DNA from: Prorocentrum cordatum
Taxonomy: Eukaryota
DNA: 64,000 nt
Assembly (NCBI GenBank): GCA_963575745.1
Contig: CAUYUJ010000004.1
Location: 310,001 to 374,000 of the forward strand
Direction of reading: 5' to 3'
Every line of letters starts with the position of its first letter. Within the stretch, counting starts at the first letter, position 1. The notes beneath the pieces are model-generated. The model had not been told where the DNA came from. It saw only the letters and a program-made list of their open reading frames with translations, and did no database searches. Position numbers and translations under genes: made by a program. Below, in pieces: positions 11,601 to 26,039 of this stretch.

Positions 11601-14600
11601 TGCCGGGCGGCAGGGTGCCGGGCTCGTTTTTCGCCAACAGTCACACACTTCGTGCTCTTCGACTTCCCAGAACTCCATTCCCAGGCTCATTCTGAATACC
11701 CGGATGCAACAGTCACACACTTCGTGCTCTTCGAGATCCCAGAACGCCATTCCCGGGCCACATTCGGAATAGCCGGACGCAACAGTCACACACTTCGTGC
11801 TCTTCGAGTTCCCAGAACGCCATTCCCGGGCCACATTCTGGATGCCCGGAGCCAACTGTAGGCCACTTCGTGCTCTTCGAGTTCCCAGAACTCCATTCCC
11901 GGGCCACATTTTGGATGCCCGGAGCCAACTGTAGGCCACTTCGTGCTCTTCGAGTTCCCAGAACTCCATTCCCGGGCCACATTTTGAATGCCCGGAGCCA
12001 ACTGTAGGCCACTTCGTGCTCTTCGAGTTCCCAGAACTCCATTCCCGGGCCACATTTTGAATGCCCGTAGCCAACTGCTGGCAGTTTCGTGCTCTTCGAC
12101 TTCCCAGAACTCCCATTCCTGGGCCACATTTTCAGCAGGGGCAAGAGCACGACGAGGAGGAGGACGAGCAAGACCAGGAGGACGAGGACGAGCAGGAGCA
12201 GGACGAGGAGCAGGAGGAGCAGGAGAAGAAGGACGAGCAGGAGGAGGAGGAGGACGAGCAGGAGGAGGAGGACGACCAGGAGGAGGAGGACGACCAGGAA
12301 GAGGAGGAGGAGGAGGAGGAGGAGGAGGGGGAGGAGTACCAGGAGGAGGAGGAGGAGGAGGAGGAGGAGGAGGAGGAGGAGGAGGAAGAGGAGGAGGAGG
12401 AGGAGGAGGACGAGGACGAGGAGGAGGAGGAGGAGGGGGGGGGAGAGTACCAGGAGGAGGAGAACGAGGACCACCAGGAGGAGGAGGAGGAGGAGGAGGA
12501 GGAGGAGGAGGAGGAGGAGAGACACCAGGAGGAGGAGGACGAGCAAGACGAGGAGGACGAGAACGAGGACGACCAGGAAGAGGAGGAGGAGGAGGAGGAG
12601 GAGGGGAGGGGGAGGACTACCAGGAGGAGGAGGAGGAGGAGGAGGAGGAGAGGAGGAGGAGGACGAGGAGGAGGAGGAGGAGGAGAGGAGGAGGAGGGGG
12701 GGGGAGAGCACCAGGAGGAGGAGAACGAGGACCACCAGGAGGAGGAGGAGGAGGAGGAGGAGGAGGAGGAGGAGGAGGAGAGCACCAGGAGGAGGAGGAC
12801 GAGCAAGACGAGGAGGACGAGAACGAGGACGAGCAGGAGGAAGAGGAGGAGGAGGAGGAGGAGGAGGAGGAGGAGCAGGAGAAAGAGGAGGAGGAGGAGG
12901 AGGAGGCAGGCTGAGGCTGAGGCTGTGACTGCGACTGCCGTTGCCGCTGCGACTGTCATCGCGAATGCGACTACGACTGCGAGAACAGCAGAATTCGACA
13001 ACTGGATTTTCATCTGAATCTTAAGGGGAATGCTTTCAGATATGCTTCTACACATCGCTGTTAGGTTGCTTTGCCGGGATAATCTTTCCTGGCCCCGAAT
13101 GGGCAGAATCCTGTCTACTTCTAGGAACTCATATTGCGAAGGCCTTAAAGCCGGTGCCGCCGACCCTGAGAACGACGAAGATGAAAACGAGGGGGGGCAG
13201 GGGGAGGAGGATGAGTGGGAGATGGCGGAAGGGTGGTGGAGGTGGATGAGGGAGGAGGAGGGGGGAGAAGGATGTGGAGGAGAAGCAAGAGGAGGATAAT
13301 GAGGTAGAGGAGGGTAGGACGAGGGGGAGCAGAGGGGAGGAGGAGAGAGAGAACGGGGGAGGAGGAGGAGGAGGAGGAGGAGGAGGAGGAGGAGGAGGAA
13401 AAGGAGGAGGCCAGAGGCTTTCTCGGGACAGCCTGGGGCTCTCTTGAGGCCGTCTTGGGCCGTCCAAGGCTCCTCTTGCGCCGTCTCGAGGCACTCTTGG
13501 AGGTCTCCTGCGCAATTTGGGGCTCTCCTGGGTTGTCTTGGGGCAGTTTGGGGGCCCCTTGGGAGCCTCTTGGGGCCTCTTGGGGCTTCTTCAGGGCCTC
13601 TTGGGGGCCTCTTGGGGCTGAGAGCTCGAAATGTCCGTTCGGGTCCCCTGTCTGGGCACTCTCCTGGAGCCGTCTTGGGGGCCTCTTGGGCCGTCTTGGA
13701 GGCGTCTTGGGCCGTCTTGGGGCCCTCTTCGGCCGTTAGGGGACCCTCTTGGGGGCCTCTTGGGCCGTCTCGGGCGATCTTGGGGGCCTCTTGGGCCGTC
13801 TTGGCGCGTCGGGAAGCGGAAGAGGCAAGAACGCCAAAATCTTTCAAAAACGTATGGGAAATCCATGAATTTTGCCTCTTGGGGCTCTCGTGGGAAAGCT
13901 CCTGGAGGCCTCTTGGGGCGCTTTGCAGGCCTCTTGGCCGTCTGGAGGCCGTCAAGGCGTCTTGGACAGATCGTTCGGCGATTCGGGGTTCTCTTGGACT
14001 GTCTTTGGGGCCTCTTGGGGCACTCTTGGCCCGTCTTGGGCTTTTTTGGGCTCCGGGACTCCAAGGGGGGGCGTCGTATCTGACCCCCCCCCCTCGGGAC
14101 CCCCCCCCCCCCCTGGGACCCCCCCCGGGACCCCCCCCCCCCCCCCCTGGCGGGGGAGGGATCGAAGGGAAGGGGCTTCCCTTCGACTCAATTACGACGT
14201 TGCTCAACTTCGCTTTGGCTGGCGCGCTGAGGAGGTCCATGGGAAAGGGGGGAGCTTCGACGAGCCCAGGGAAAGGGGGAGGCAGGGAAAGGGGACGACA
14301 GAGACGACGACCAACGAATGACGGAGATGACGACTTGAACGGACAAGCCCCTCACACACGCCGACAGGGTCGGCGGATTTCAATTCCTCTGCAACTCCTC
14401 GAGGATTCACAATCCTTGCGGACTCTAGAAATTCATGCTCGAATTCTTCTTATTGACGAGCTGGGCCTGCATGACTAGTGCCCGTCCCAATTATTTTTGT
14501 ACGTGGTTACAGTGCGCGCTAGAGCAAATGATTCCTAAACCAATTACTGCTGTACTGTAGCGAACATTTTTGTCATGTGCAAATTCCTCTCCAACTCCAT

Positions 14601-16169
14601 TTTTCTTCCTGGCCCCAGCACGTCCCTGGCAATTCTAATCCGAACTCATATCAACTCTAGACAGACATTCATATGCACATTCCTCTCCAACTGTATTTTT
14701 TTTCCTGGCCCAGACGCGTCCGTGGCAATCCTAGTTCGAACTCACCTACTAAAATTCAAATGTTTTCGAATTCCTCTCCAACTCAGGGGGGGATGTTTTC
14801 GAGCCCCCAATAGGTTTTTCCTCGAATTCCCAAGGGTGTCCAACTCCTTGCCTATCCAATATACATGTTTTCGAATTCCTCTACTAAAATTCAAATGTTT
14901 TCGAAATTAACGTACCAATTCCTCTCCAACTGTATTTTTCCGCCTGGCCCTGGCGCGCCCCTGGCAATCCCTTCCCCTAAGGTTCAATATCCTTTCTAAG
15001 CATAGAAATTCACTTGCAAGTTCCTCTCCAACTGTACTTGTTCTGCCTGGCCATGGCCACTTCGGATTCGGATCCCCCATAAGATTCAGAATCCTTTCTA
15101 ATTCCAGAATCTCATTCGCAGGTGCCTCTCCAACTCAATTTTTCTGCCTGGCCGTGGCGCGGCACTGGCAGTTCTCATTCGAATTCACCTACAAGTCAAA
15201 TTCCTCGCTAACTCTAGAAATTCATGTGCAAATTATTCTCCAACTCAATGTGTCTGCCTGGCCGTGGCACGGCCCTGGCAATTCTAAATCGGAGTCCCCT
15301 AACGTTCAAAATCCTTTCTAACTCTAGAACTTCACATGCAAATTCCTCTCCAACTCCACTTTTCTTCCTGGCCCCGGCACGTCCCTGGCAATTCTTATCC
15401 ACATTTACCGCAACTCTAGACATTCATATGCACATTCCTCTCCAACTGTATTTTTCTGCCTGGCCCTGACGCTGCCCTGGCAATTCTAATTCGAATTCGC
15501 CTAAGATTTAAACTCCCCTCTAATTCTGGAAATCCAGATGCACATTCCTTTCCAACTGTATTTTTCTGCTTGGCCCCGTCGTTGAAGTTGCAGACTTTTC
15601 GGGCCAGGCGTTGTTGAATTGTATTTCTTGATTTACGAAGTCAGGTTTGAATCGGGGGGGTGTTAACACCCCAGCTGATAATGACAACGGTGAGGATGAC
15701 GATGACGATGATGATGATGATGGTGATGAGGAGGATGAGGAGGATGACGACGACGATAATGATGATGATGCTGAGCGGTGACGAGGAGAACGATGATGAC
15801 GACACTGACGATGATGACAATACTGACGATGATGATGATGATGATGATGATGATGGTGGCGGTGATGGTGGTGGTGATGGTGATGCTGATTTTTATGATG
15901 ATTATGATGATTATGATGATTGTGGTGGTGGTGATGATTATGGTTTCGTCGACGCCGATGCCGACGATAATGATGAGGAGTATGATGAAGATGATGATGG
16001 TGTGATGATGGTGATGATGCTGATGAAGTTGCTGTTGAGGATGATGATGATGCTGGTGATGACGACGACGATTGTAGTGATACGTATGATGCGGATGATG
16101 AGTATGCGGATGATGATGCTGCTGATGATGAAAAGATGATGCTGATGATGATGATGATGATGGTGATGC

Positions 16170-16246
<77 letters not shown>

Positions 16247-19200
16247 GTGATGATGATGGTGATGATGATGATGATGCTGATGATGGTGATAATGATGGTA
16301 GTACTGATGGCCGTGATGAAGATGTTGATGATGAGATGATGAGGAGGAGAAGGAGGAGCAGGATCAGAAGGAACAGGAGGAGGAGGCCAGCGAGAAAGTG
16401 GCTGGGAGTCGCAGGTCGTGGAGGCCAAGAAGCGCAAGATCCAGGCCATAAAGAAGCAGCAGCGGACGGACAGGCAGGACGAGGAGGCGCAGAAGGCGGT
16501 GTACCTCCCCGCCGCCCCCCACTTCTATCTGTGCCAAACAGAGACGACAATGACGACGAGGGCGACGGCGACGGCGACGACGACGACGCGTTGCTTGGGG
16601 TTCCCTTGGCAGCACGCGTCTCGCGAAGCACAGCGCAGCGCCGGGCAGGCACCAGCCGTGCCGCGGACCAGAGTCTGCTGCCTTGGGTCGCGCCCACCCC
16701 CCCCTTGGCGCGGTCCTGTCTCGGTCCCCTCGTGCGGGCGTTCCTCGAAACATGTCGCCGCAAGCGCGCCGCGCGCCGAGAGGCAGGGGGGGCCGCTGCC
16801 GATCCGCCAGAGCTCCAACAGGATTCCAACATGTCTCTGGGGTTCCGCAGGGTTCCTGAGGATTCTAAAGAAATCCTGAGGAGTCCAAGCGATACTTTGG
16901 ATTTCAGATGTCATGTGGGCCCATCAGGGTGCCGTTTGATTCCGCAGAGTTCTTGAATCCACTTCAAGGTCTTGTAGAGACCCGAAGGATTCCTAAGGTC
17001 AATCTTCCTTGGGATTCCGCATGATTCCTTTGGCGTTTCGTGGGTCCCGCAAGATGCCTCTGCATTCCGATTGTATTGCAGTCTACCTTAGCATTCTGAT
17101 AGGGTCCAGAGGATTTCGCAGGCTTGCGCAGGATTTCATTGGATTCTTGAGGAACCACACGATTTCACAGGTCCCCCAGGATTCCTCAAGCTCTGCAGGA
17201 TTACACCATGCTCCCAAGGATTCTTGATAATTTCGCTTTAGTCTGCGGGTTTCAGCGGATTTCGGAAGATTCTTGAAAGATCCACAGTGCTCCTGCGGGT
17301 TATTCAGGAACCCGCATCGTTCTTCATAATTTTCGAACTACCCCGCGGGATCTGCAGGATGCAACAAGCTTTCTGCGGATTCTAGAGGCATCCACGGATT
17401 TCTTATGGATTCCTTGAAACTCCTAGGACGCGGCAGGATTACTGGACATTCTTCTGGATTCCGCAGGGCTCCCGAGGAATTCTTAGGATTTCCAGGATTT
17501 CAGAAGATCCCCGAGGATTTTCAGGATCTCCCAGGATTTCGAGAATGATTCATGGCTCTTCAGGGTTCCACATGGGTGCCTTGTGGTTTGGGGGTATTCC
17601 TCATGATTTCATACGATTTTTTCGGGTTCTCAAGGATTCCCCAGGTATCCGCAAAGTTCGTTGGGATTCCTTCGGGTTCCACAAAGTCCTATGGATTTTA
17701 TACGACTCCCAAGGGATCCCTCAAGATTGCCCCGCAGGATCCCAAACGATTCCACAGGATTCCCTCAATATCTCACGTTTCACTTTCATGTTATTTGATT
17801 TCTGAGGATTCGTCAGGGACCTGTATCCCCGAATATCCCGGATGATTCCTCATGACTCCTATTCCTCAGGATATTGGACGAATCCACCAGATTCCCCAGG
17901 ATAGCCGATGCTTCCTCAGGATTCTCATTGCAGTCAGATTGCACGGAAGCTCCTACAACAGCTGCTACTGCAGCTCCTGCTACATTTTCTACTACATACA
18001 GCTCTTACTACAGCTTCTACAATCGAAATTGCTGCAGCTCCTTTTGAAGCTTCTACCAGCACCTCTGTCAATGGCACAGACCCTTTCCAATGTATCTAGC
18101 TATGCATGATGTGACGATTGCGTCGTTCGGGTTTCATTGCCATTCTGTGGCATGCATGTGTACGTTACGCTGCTGCAGAGTTTGATTCAAACCGATGTCG
18201 GGCCCCCCTGAGCTGATACCACAACTGCGAGAGAATACCTTCGGGAGCGAATCGGCTCCAGATTCGCGGCCAGCGTGTTGAAAGGATTCGCCTAGCCCTC
18301 GCATCCAACCATTAACAGTGGCCCGCGGCCCGGCGCGCGGCGCGGGGAGCTCGCCACGGGGCGGGCGGCGAGTGTCGCGCGCGACATGAGGGGTCGATTT
18401 CGCAGCGCCAAGGGTTTCGCACTGGCGCCGCGGGCGTTGAGGCGGCGGCCTAGAGATCTGGGCGAGCAGGACGAGGAGTTCTACCCGGACCTGGCGCGCT
18501 GGATGGGGCGCCAGCACGCTTTTCCAGGCGGCGAACGCTTCGAGCGCGGCGCTGGAGGCGCTGGCGGCGAAGAACAGGCCCTTGTATCAGGCGTTCCAGA
18601 TAGGCGAGTGGGTTTGCTTCTGGAGGCGGGGCTAGGGCGAGAGCGACCTCATCGAGGGCTATTGGAAGGGCCTTGCCATGGTCGCGCAGGTCGAGTATAT
18701 GGATTACACCAACGAGCTGCGGCAGTCAGATGTGCGGCGCCTCTTCGGTAACGCGCCGCTGATGGCGACCCGCGAGCTGGTGTTCGACCAGACCTACCGG
18801 AGTGGTGGCGACAGCGCGAGGAAAGTGATGACGCTTCGCCCATTCCGCCAGCCCGTCATGTGGCATCGCTGGCTTTTGCCCCCGCGCGCTCGTTGCCCGC
18901 GTTGCGCTTCTGGGCGGCGGTCGTTTTCCAGCGGCGCTACGTCGGCAGTCTTGGAGGCGGAGCAGTTCCTGTGTAGTTGATTCAGGGGGGTTTGGCTGGG
19001 TGCAGTCATGGGCATGCGGCACCATTGCGAGTTGGGCTTGTCACCCGTGAAGTTGGGCTTGTCACCCATGAAATTCCGCTGTTGGGCCATTCGACTATTT
19101 GTTTGGGTTCCGCTTGCGGCTTGAATTTCGGGCTGGGCGCTTTGCCGATTGCGAGGATGTTGGACTTCAATCGGCCCGCTCTACGACGAGTCGTGCGGGA

Positions 19201-20311
19201 TCCTGGGTCCGCCTGCGCACGAGTTGAACGTGCTCGGGGAGGGTAGCAGGAGGCTTCTTGGGGTCCTTGGGAGGCCTCTCGGGTGCCTTTCGGCGGTATT
19301 TGGGGGACCTCCTGGGGCATCACGGGGGCCTCGGGGAACCTCTTGGGGCCTTTGGGGGGCCTCTTGGGTGCCTCTTGGGGCCTCTTGGGGGCCTCTTTGG
19401 GGCCGCTTTGGCTCTTGGTGGCCTCTTGGGGGCCTATTGAGGGCCAATGGGTGCCGAAGGCCGGAAATAGCCGTTCGGGTCCCCCGTCTGGACCACTTGT
19501 TGGAGCCGTCTTGGGGCCCTCTTGGGCCGTCTTGGGATGTCTTGGGGCCCCGTTTCATGCCTCTTGGGGCGATCTTGGGCCGTCTTGGGGCGCCACGGAG
19601 CTGAAACGCGAGCTTGCCAAAATCTGTTAAAAACCTGAGAAACCTCTCTTGCTTATGTTTCTAGGAGTCCTCTTGCGACGCCTCTTGGAGGCCTCTTGGG
19701 GCGTCTTGGAAGCGTTTTCGGCCGTTTGGAGGCCATCTGGGGCGTCTTGTACAGATCGGTCGGCGATTCGGAGCCATCTCGGACCGTCTTGTGGGGCCTC
19801 TTGGGGTCCTCTTGGAGCGCTCGGGGGCGCCTGAAATGCCGCACCCAGGAGGAGAGCCATCTCTGCCCCGGACTGCCCAGGCTTCTCCCGTTTTTTTTTG
19901 TCCAGGGACTCCCAGGGGCCGCTTCGCGCGCGCGAACTAGAACTACGGTTTACCAGTTTCCAGAGGTCGCTGCACGCCTCTGGCCCGTAGGGCCAGCGAT
20001 TTTGTTTGGGACATGCTGGTGGCGATGATGATCATAATATTGCTGTTGGTGGTGATGATGACGAGGACGAGGCGAGGACGAGGACGAGGACGAGGACGAG
20101 GGTGAGGTTGAGGATGAGGATGAGGATGAGGATGATGACGATGATGATCATGATGATGATGATGATGATGGTGGTGGTGATGATGTTGTTAATGATGATG
20201 ATACTGATGATGATGCTGATGATGATGCTGATGATGATGCTGGTGATGATGATGCTGCTGATGATGATGATGCTGATACTGATGCTGATGCTGCTGCTGC
20301 TGCTGCTGATA

Positions 20312-20386
<75 letters not shown>

Positions 20387-22863
20387 GTGATGGTGATGGT
20401 GATGGTGATGATGATGCTGATGATGAGGAGGAGGAGGACGAGGGAATGACAAGGGAGGTACACGTAGGGAGGGAGGGAGGAAGGGAGGGCGGGGAAGACG
20501 AACGAGGGAGAGAGAGGGTGAGGTAGATAGATGGGAGAGCGGCACAAAGTGGTGGGAAGGTGCCGTCAAACGTTCCTATCATATCACAGCACGCATGTGC
20601 AGCATTGCGTGTTCAACGCGCTCGAAGCCCTACATTGCGCTTGAGCCCAGCGTTGGCGGACTCGCCAGACCGGCGCTCACGCCCACACGCCCACGCGTAG
20701 GATGAATGGTGAATTTCAGCGTGCGGGGACTACTAAACAGGACGCCATTCTCGCCTCCACTTTCCTTTTCTCTCTCCCCCTCCTCTCGCTCCCATTCCAC
20801 CCCTCCCTTTTCCTTGCTCCTTTACGTTTGCACAATACGAGTGCTGATCTCCTCTCTCCCCCGACAATGTCCTGAGAGTGCTCCCCCCGCCACGTCGTGT
20901 TTTTTACACGGATTTGCGCGACTTGGTTTTCCATTGTTTTGTTCCACACTTCGATGGTTCGCAGTTGATCAAAAATGGTGCTCTCGCTGCAGCGTGGACC
21001 TCATTGTCGGATCGGCGCTGTGCTCCCGTCGTTAACAATGACGCTCCCTCCCCAGTGTAGACTATTTTTCTGGATCCCACAGGTCTCATAGGTCCCGCAT
21101 GTCTCGCACTCGCAGGCCCCACAGGTCCCACGGGACCCACAAGTGTCGCAGGTCGTCCCACAGGTCCCACAGGAACCACCGGCCTGGCAGGTTCCACATG
21201 TCCCACAGGTTCCACAGGCCCCACAGGTGTCGCAGGGCTCACAGGCCCCGCAGGCCACAGAGGTCCCCCAGGTCGCACGGGTCCCACAAGTTCCCCTGTT
21301 CCGATGGCGCATGGGTCCTGTGGGGTTCCAGGTCGGCTATGACACGCGGCCGCGGATAGATACAATTACCGAGTGACGTATCCAATCCGTTTGACTCGAG
21401 CGACAAGAGGAGCTGGCCCAGAATAGCATGGCTGATGACAACACAGGAACCGCCATTTGCTGTGCAAGCTACATGGGATGCGCGCGCGTTGCACGACTCA
21501 CAGGACACCAATCGGAGGACGACGACTGAGGCTCCAGGCTCGAAGAGGGAATGGGGGTGAGAGCAAGGGGCAAGAAAAGGACAGAAAAGGATCTGATGGA
21601 AGGAGGAAGAAGACGACAACGAAAGAGGCAGGATTTGGAGCGAGGGCGGCGATCAGATTCCAGTGGCACGCTGGACAAGCAACGCGGCCCGCGCCATGTC
21701 GGTGTGGCGCCCCAGAGCGACGGCGAGGTCTCATCTGATTTGAATAAAGCGTCGTTCCGCTGGACCTCCCAGGAGCCCACGGAAGTGGCGACAGTTTCGC
21801 AGCTCGCGCCCCCCCGCGACGGGGAGGTCTCATCTGTTTTGAGTCGGACGTCACCCCGCTGGACCTCCCCGGAACCCAAGAAAACGGTGACGGACTCGCA
21901 GATCGCAGCCCCGAGCGACGAGGAGGTCCCATCTGATTTGAATAGGACGTCGCTTAGCTGGACCTCCCAGGAGCCCACGCAAGTGGCGGCAGCAGTTTTG
22001 CAATTCGCAGCCCCACAGCGACGACGAGGCCTCATCTGATCTGAATAGGACGTCACTCTGCTAGACCTCCCAGGAGCCCACGAAAGTGGCGACACCTGTT
22101 TCGCAGTCCGCAGCCCCAGCGACGGCGACGGCGAGGTGAGGAGTAGAGGAGGGAAGGGAGAAAGAGGGAGGCGGAAGGAAGGAGTTGCGACCGCAGTGCT
22201 CTGAACCCAACGGAGGGGGGGGGAAGCAGCGCCACGGAAATGGATGGGAGGGAGGGATCGGATGTCAGACATGGCGCGAACGCGCCTAGCTGGTCAGAGC
22301 CTTCGCCCTTCCCTCCTGCAGTCCCCTGCCGTTTTCTCCGCACGGCGACCGCTTATATTTTTGTTTGGGGAAAACCCCTTGCTCGGCAGCGCTCAGCTGC
22401 CGCTGCGCAGTTGGCATTTGTTCGCGGGAATGCTGGCGTTCCGCCCCGTGGTCCAGAGATGGAGGGCGCGCGGCTCCGCGAAACGGGGCTTATGCATCGG
22501 AGGAGGAGGAGGAGGAGGGGAGGAGGAGGAGGAGGATAAGGAGGAGGAAGAGTAGGAGGAGGAGGAGGAGGAGGAGGAGGAAAAGGAGGAGCAGGAGGAG
22601 GAGGAGGAGGAGCAGGAAGAGGGACGAGGGAGGAGGGAGGAGCGAGGAGGGCGGCGGGAAGAGGGGAAGCATGAGGAGGGAGGAAGCGGATAATCAGGAT
22701 TAGGACGAGGAGGGCGAGGGGAAGGTCGCCACAGAGTTGAAGAGGAGAGGGTTGCCGCAGCGCGCAGAGCGGGGCGGTTTGAGCGTCCGGCCGCCAGAAG
22801 CAGTCCAACTGGCAGAAATTCCACCACAACAAGGCAGCCATCCTCCCTCTCAACCCCTTTCTT

Positions 22864-22896
<33 letters not shown>

Positions 22897-25644
22897 CTCC
22901 TCCTCCTCCTCCTACTNNNNNNNNNNNNNNNNNNNNNNNNNNNNNNNNNNNNNNNNNNNNNNNNNNNNNNNNNNNNNNNNNNNNNNNNNNNNNNNNNNNN
23001 NNNNNNNNNNNNNNNNACTACCATTACCACTACCACTACCACTACCACTACCACTACCACTACTACTCTACTCCTACTCCTACTCCTACTCCTACTCCTA
23101 TCCTTATTCCTTATTAGAATATACTCCTACTCCCCCCTCAGGCCGGCCATTAGGGGCCGCATCCGGGGGGTCCCATCCTAACCTGTAAAAAACAATACAA
23201 AATCAACATTTTTCGTATTTTTTCCTCTCGACATGGACGTCCTGTCGTCCACGGCGATAATCCATTGCAAAAAATACAACAAAGAGCACACGCGCGCGTT
23301 CATGTCAGAATCCTACCGAACACCGTGTGTTTGCAAGCATTTCAACATAAAAACATCAAAAACCCAATGCTTTTTTCACAAAAATTGTACAAATTTCCCG
23401 CCCGGGCTCTCTTGCTGAAATCATAGGAAAACCATAGGAATCTTAAGAATTCGTCAAATCCAGCGATTTCACGTCATCGCGCGGTGCACTCGCGATGCTC
23501 TGTCATGCACCCAGGCCGCGAATCCTGTGCAAAAAATACCACAAAGAGCACACTCGCGCGTTCATGTCGGAATCCTACCGAACACCGTGTGTTTGCAAGC
23601 ATTTCAACATAAAAACATCAAAAAACCCAATGCTTTTTCACAAAAATGCTTTGGGGTGTCCTGTCAGACCGTCGGGCTTCCTCCGGCCACCTCTGGCTTC
23701 CTGCGGTGTACCGGACTCGTCTGGCAATGCGTGCGCGGCATTCAACACGCGCTCGCCAGTTCCCGTCGGCAACCGCCATCGCGGCCGCATCAGCTGTACC
23801 AAACCGGCTGCCGGTGTGACTTCGGCCCCCAGTTGTGCCAGCTTTGCTTCTTATGTTGTGGGAGGGCGGGTGGGACTGGGCATGCCATGCTTGACTCGCT
23901 CGAGCTGGCTAGCTTGACTCCTACTCCTATCCTTATTCCTTATTAGAATATACTCCTACTCCCCCCTCAGGCCGGCCGATAGGGGCCGCATCCGGGTGGT
24001 CCCATCCTAACCTGTAAAAAACAATACAAAATCAACATTTTTCTTATTTTTTCCTCTCGACATGGACGTCCTGTCGTCCACGGCGATAATCCATTGCAAA
24101 AAATACCACAAAGCACACGCGCGCGTTCATGTCATAATCCTACCGAACACAGTGTGTTTGCAAGCATTTCAACATAAAAACATAAAAAACCCAATGCTTT
24201 TCACAAAAATTGTACAAATTTCCCGCCCGGGCTCTCTTGCTGAAATCATAGGAAAACCATAGGAATCTTAAGAATTCGGTCAAATCCAGCGATTTCGCGT
24301 CATCGCGCGGTGCACTCGCGATGCTCTGTCATGCACCCAGGCCGCGAATCCTGTGCAAAAAATACCACAAAGAGCACACTCGCGCGTTCATGTCAGAATC
24401 CTACCGAACACCGTGTGTTTGCAAGCATTTCAACATAAAAACATCAAAAACCCAATGCTTTTTCACAAAAATGCTTTGGGGTGTCCTGTCAGACCGTCGG
24501 GCTTCCTCCGGCCACCTCTGGCTTCCTGCGGTGTACCGGGCCATTCTCGACTCGTCTGGCAATGCGTGCGCGGCATTCAACACGCGCTCGCCAGTTCCCG
24601 TCGGCAACCGCCATCGCGGCCGCATCAGCTGTACCAAACCGGCTGGCCGGTGTGACTTCGGCCCCCAGTTGTGCCAGCTTTGCTTCTTATGTTGTGGGAG
24701 GGCGGGTGGGACTGGGCATGCCATGCTTGACTCGCTCGAGCTGGCTAGCTTGACTCCTACTCCTACTCCTACTATCCTCCTTATTAGAATATACTCCTAC
24801 TCCCCCCTCAGGCCGGCAGATAGCGGGCGCATCCGGGTGGTCCCATCCTAACCTGTAAAAAACAATACAAAATCAACATTTTTCTTATTTTTTCCTCTCG
24901 ACATGGACGTCCTGTCGTCCACGGCGATAATCCATTGCAAAAAATACCACAAAGAGCACACGCGCGCGTTCATGTCATAATCCTACCGAACACCGTGTGT
25001 TTGCAAGCATTTCAACATAAAAACATCAAAAACCCAATGCTTTTTCACAAAAATTGTACAAATTTCCCGCCCGGGCTCTCTTGCTGAAATCATAGGAAAA
25101 CCATAGGAATCTTTAGAATTCTGTCAAATCCAGCGATTTCACGTCATCGCGCGGTGCACTCGCGATGCTCTGTCATGCACCCAGGCCGCGAATCCTGTGC
25201 AAAAAATACCACAAAGAGCACACTCGCGCGTTCATGTCAGAATCCTACCGAACACCGTGTGTTTGCAAGCATTTCAACATAAAACATCAAAAACCCAATG
25301 CTTTTTCACAAAAATGCTTTGGGGTGTCCTGTCAGACCGTCGGGCTTCCTCCGGCCACCTCTGGCTTCCTGCGGTGTACCGGGCCATTCTCGACTCGTCT
25401 GGCAATGCGTGCGCGGCATTCAACACGCGCTCGCCAGTTCCCGTCGGCAACCGCCATCGCGGCCGCATCAGCTGTACCAAACCGGCTGGCCGGTGTGACT
25501 TCGGCCCCCAGTTGTGCCAGCTTTGCTTCTTATGTTGTGGGAGGGCGGGTGGGACTGGGCATGCCATGCTTGACTCGCTCGAGCTGGCTAGCTTGACTCC
25601 TACTCCTACTCCTACTCCTACTCCTACTCCGACTCCGACTACTC

Positions 25645-25733
<89 letters not shown>

Positions 25734-25822
25734 GCTGCTACTGCTACTGCTACTGCTACTACGACTACTACTATGACTACGACTACGACTACTACTACGA
25801 CTACTATTATTACGATTACGAT

Positions 25823-25866
<44 letters not shown>

Positions 25867-26003
25867 GTTCTAGTACTACTACTACTACTACTACTACTAT
25901 TACTACTACTACTACTACTACTACTACTTTTTATTTCTACTACTACTGCTACCACTACTACTACTGCTACTACTACGACGACTACGACTAGTACTACTAC
26001 CAG

Positions 26004-26039
<36 letters not shown>

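Larger units (their letters stand above)
8969..15672. mobile_element. Foldback-type element: long inverted arms built of ~115 bp and ~76 bp satellite units, orientation switch near 10650, with nested inserts
   Basis: 9060-10650 is the reverse complement of 10650-11510 and 14380-15580. The unique 9520-9645 segment is mirrored at 14445-14570. Both ends carry tgttaaca, and (GAT)n flanks both sides. Confidence 0.75.

Noticed and set aside
11635..12133. CRISPR-like periodic array (also the 76 bp arrays at 9650-11510)
   Set aside because: Whole units are repeated with no unique spacers, there are no cas genes, and the context is eukaryotic.
12061..13017. Acidic 318 aa E/D/Q-rich ORF
   Set aside because: Compound (GAG)n repeat with internal duplications nested in the foldback element; no complex coding sequence or splice context.
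18678..18980. Tyrosine-recombinase fragment
   Set aside because: The upstream frameshifted motifs fit a copia post-integrase region better, and no R-H-R-Y catalytic motif is seen.
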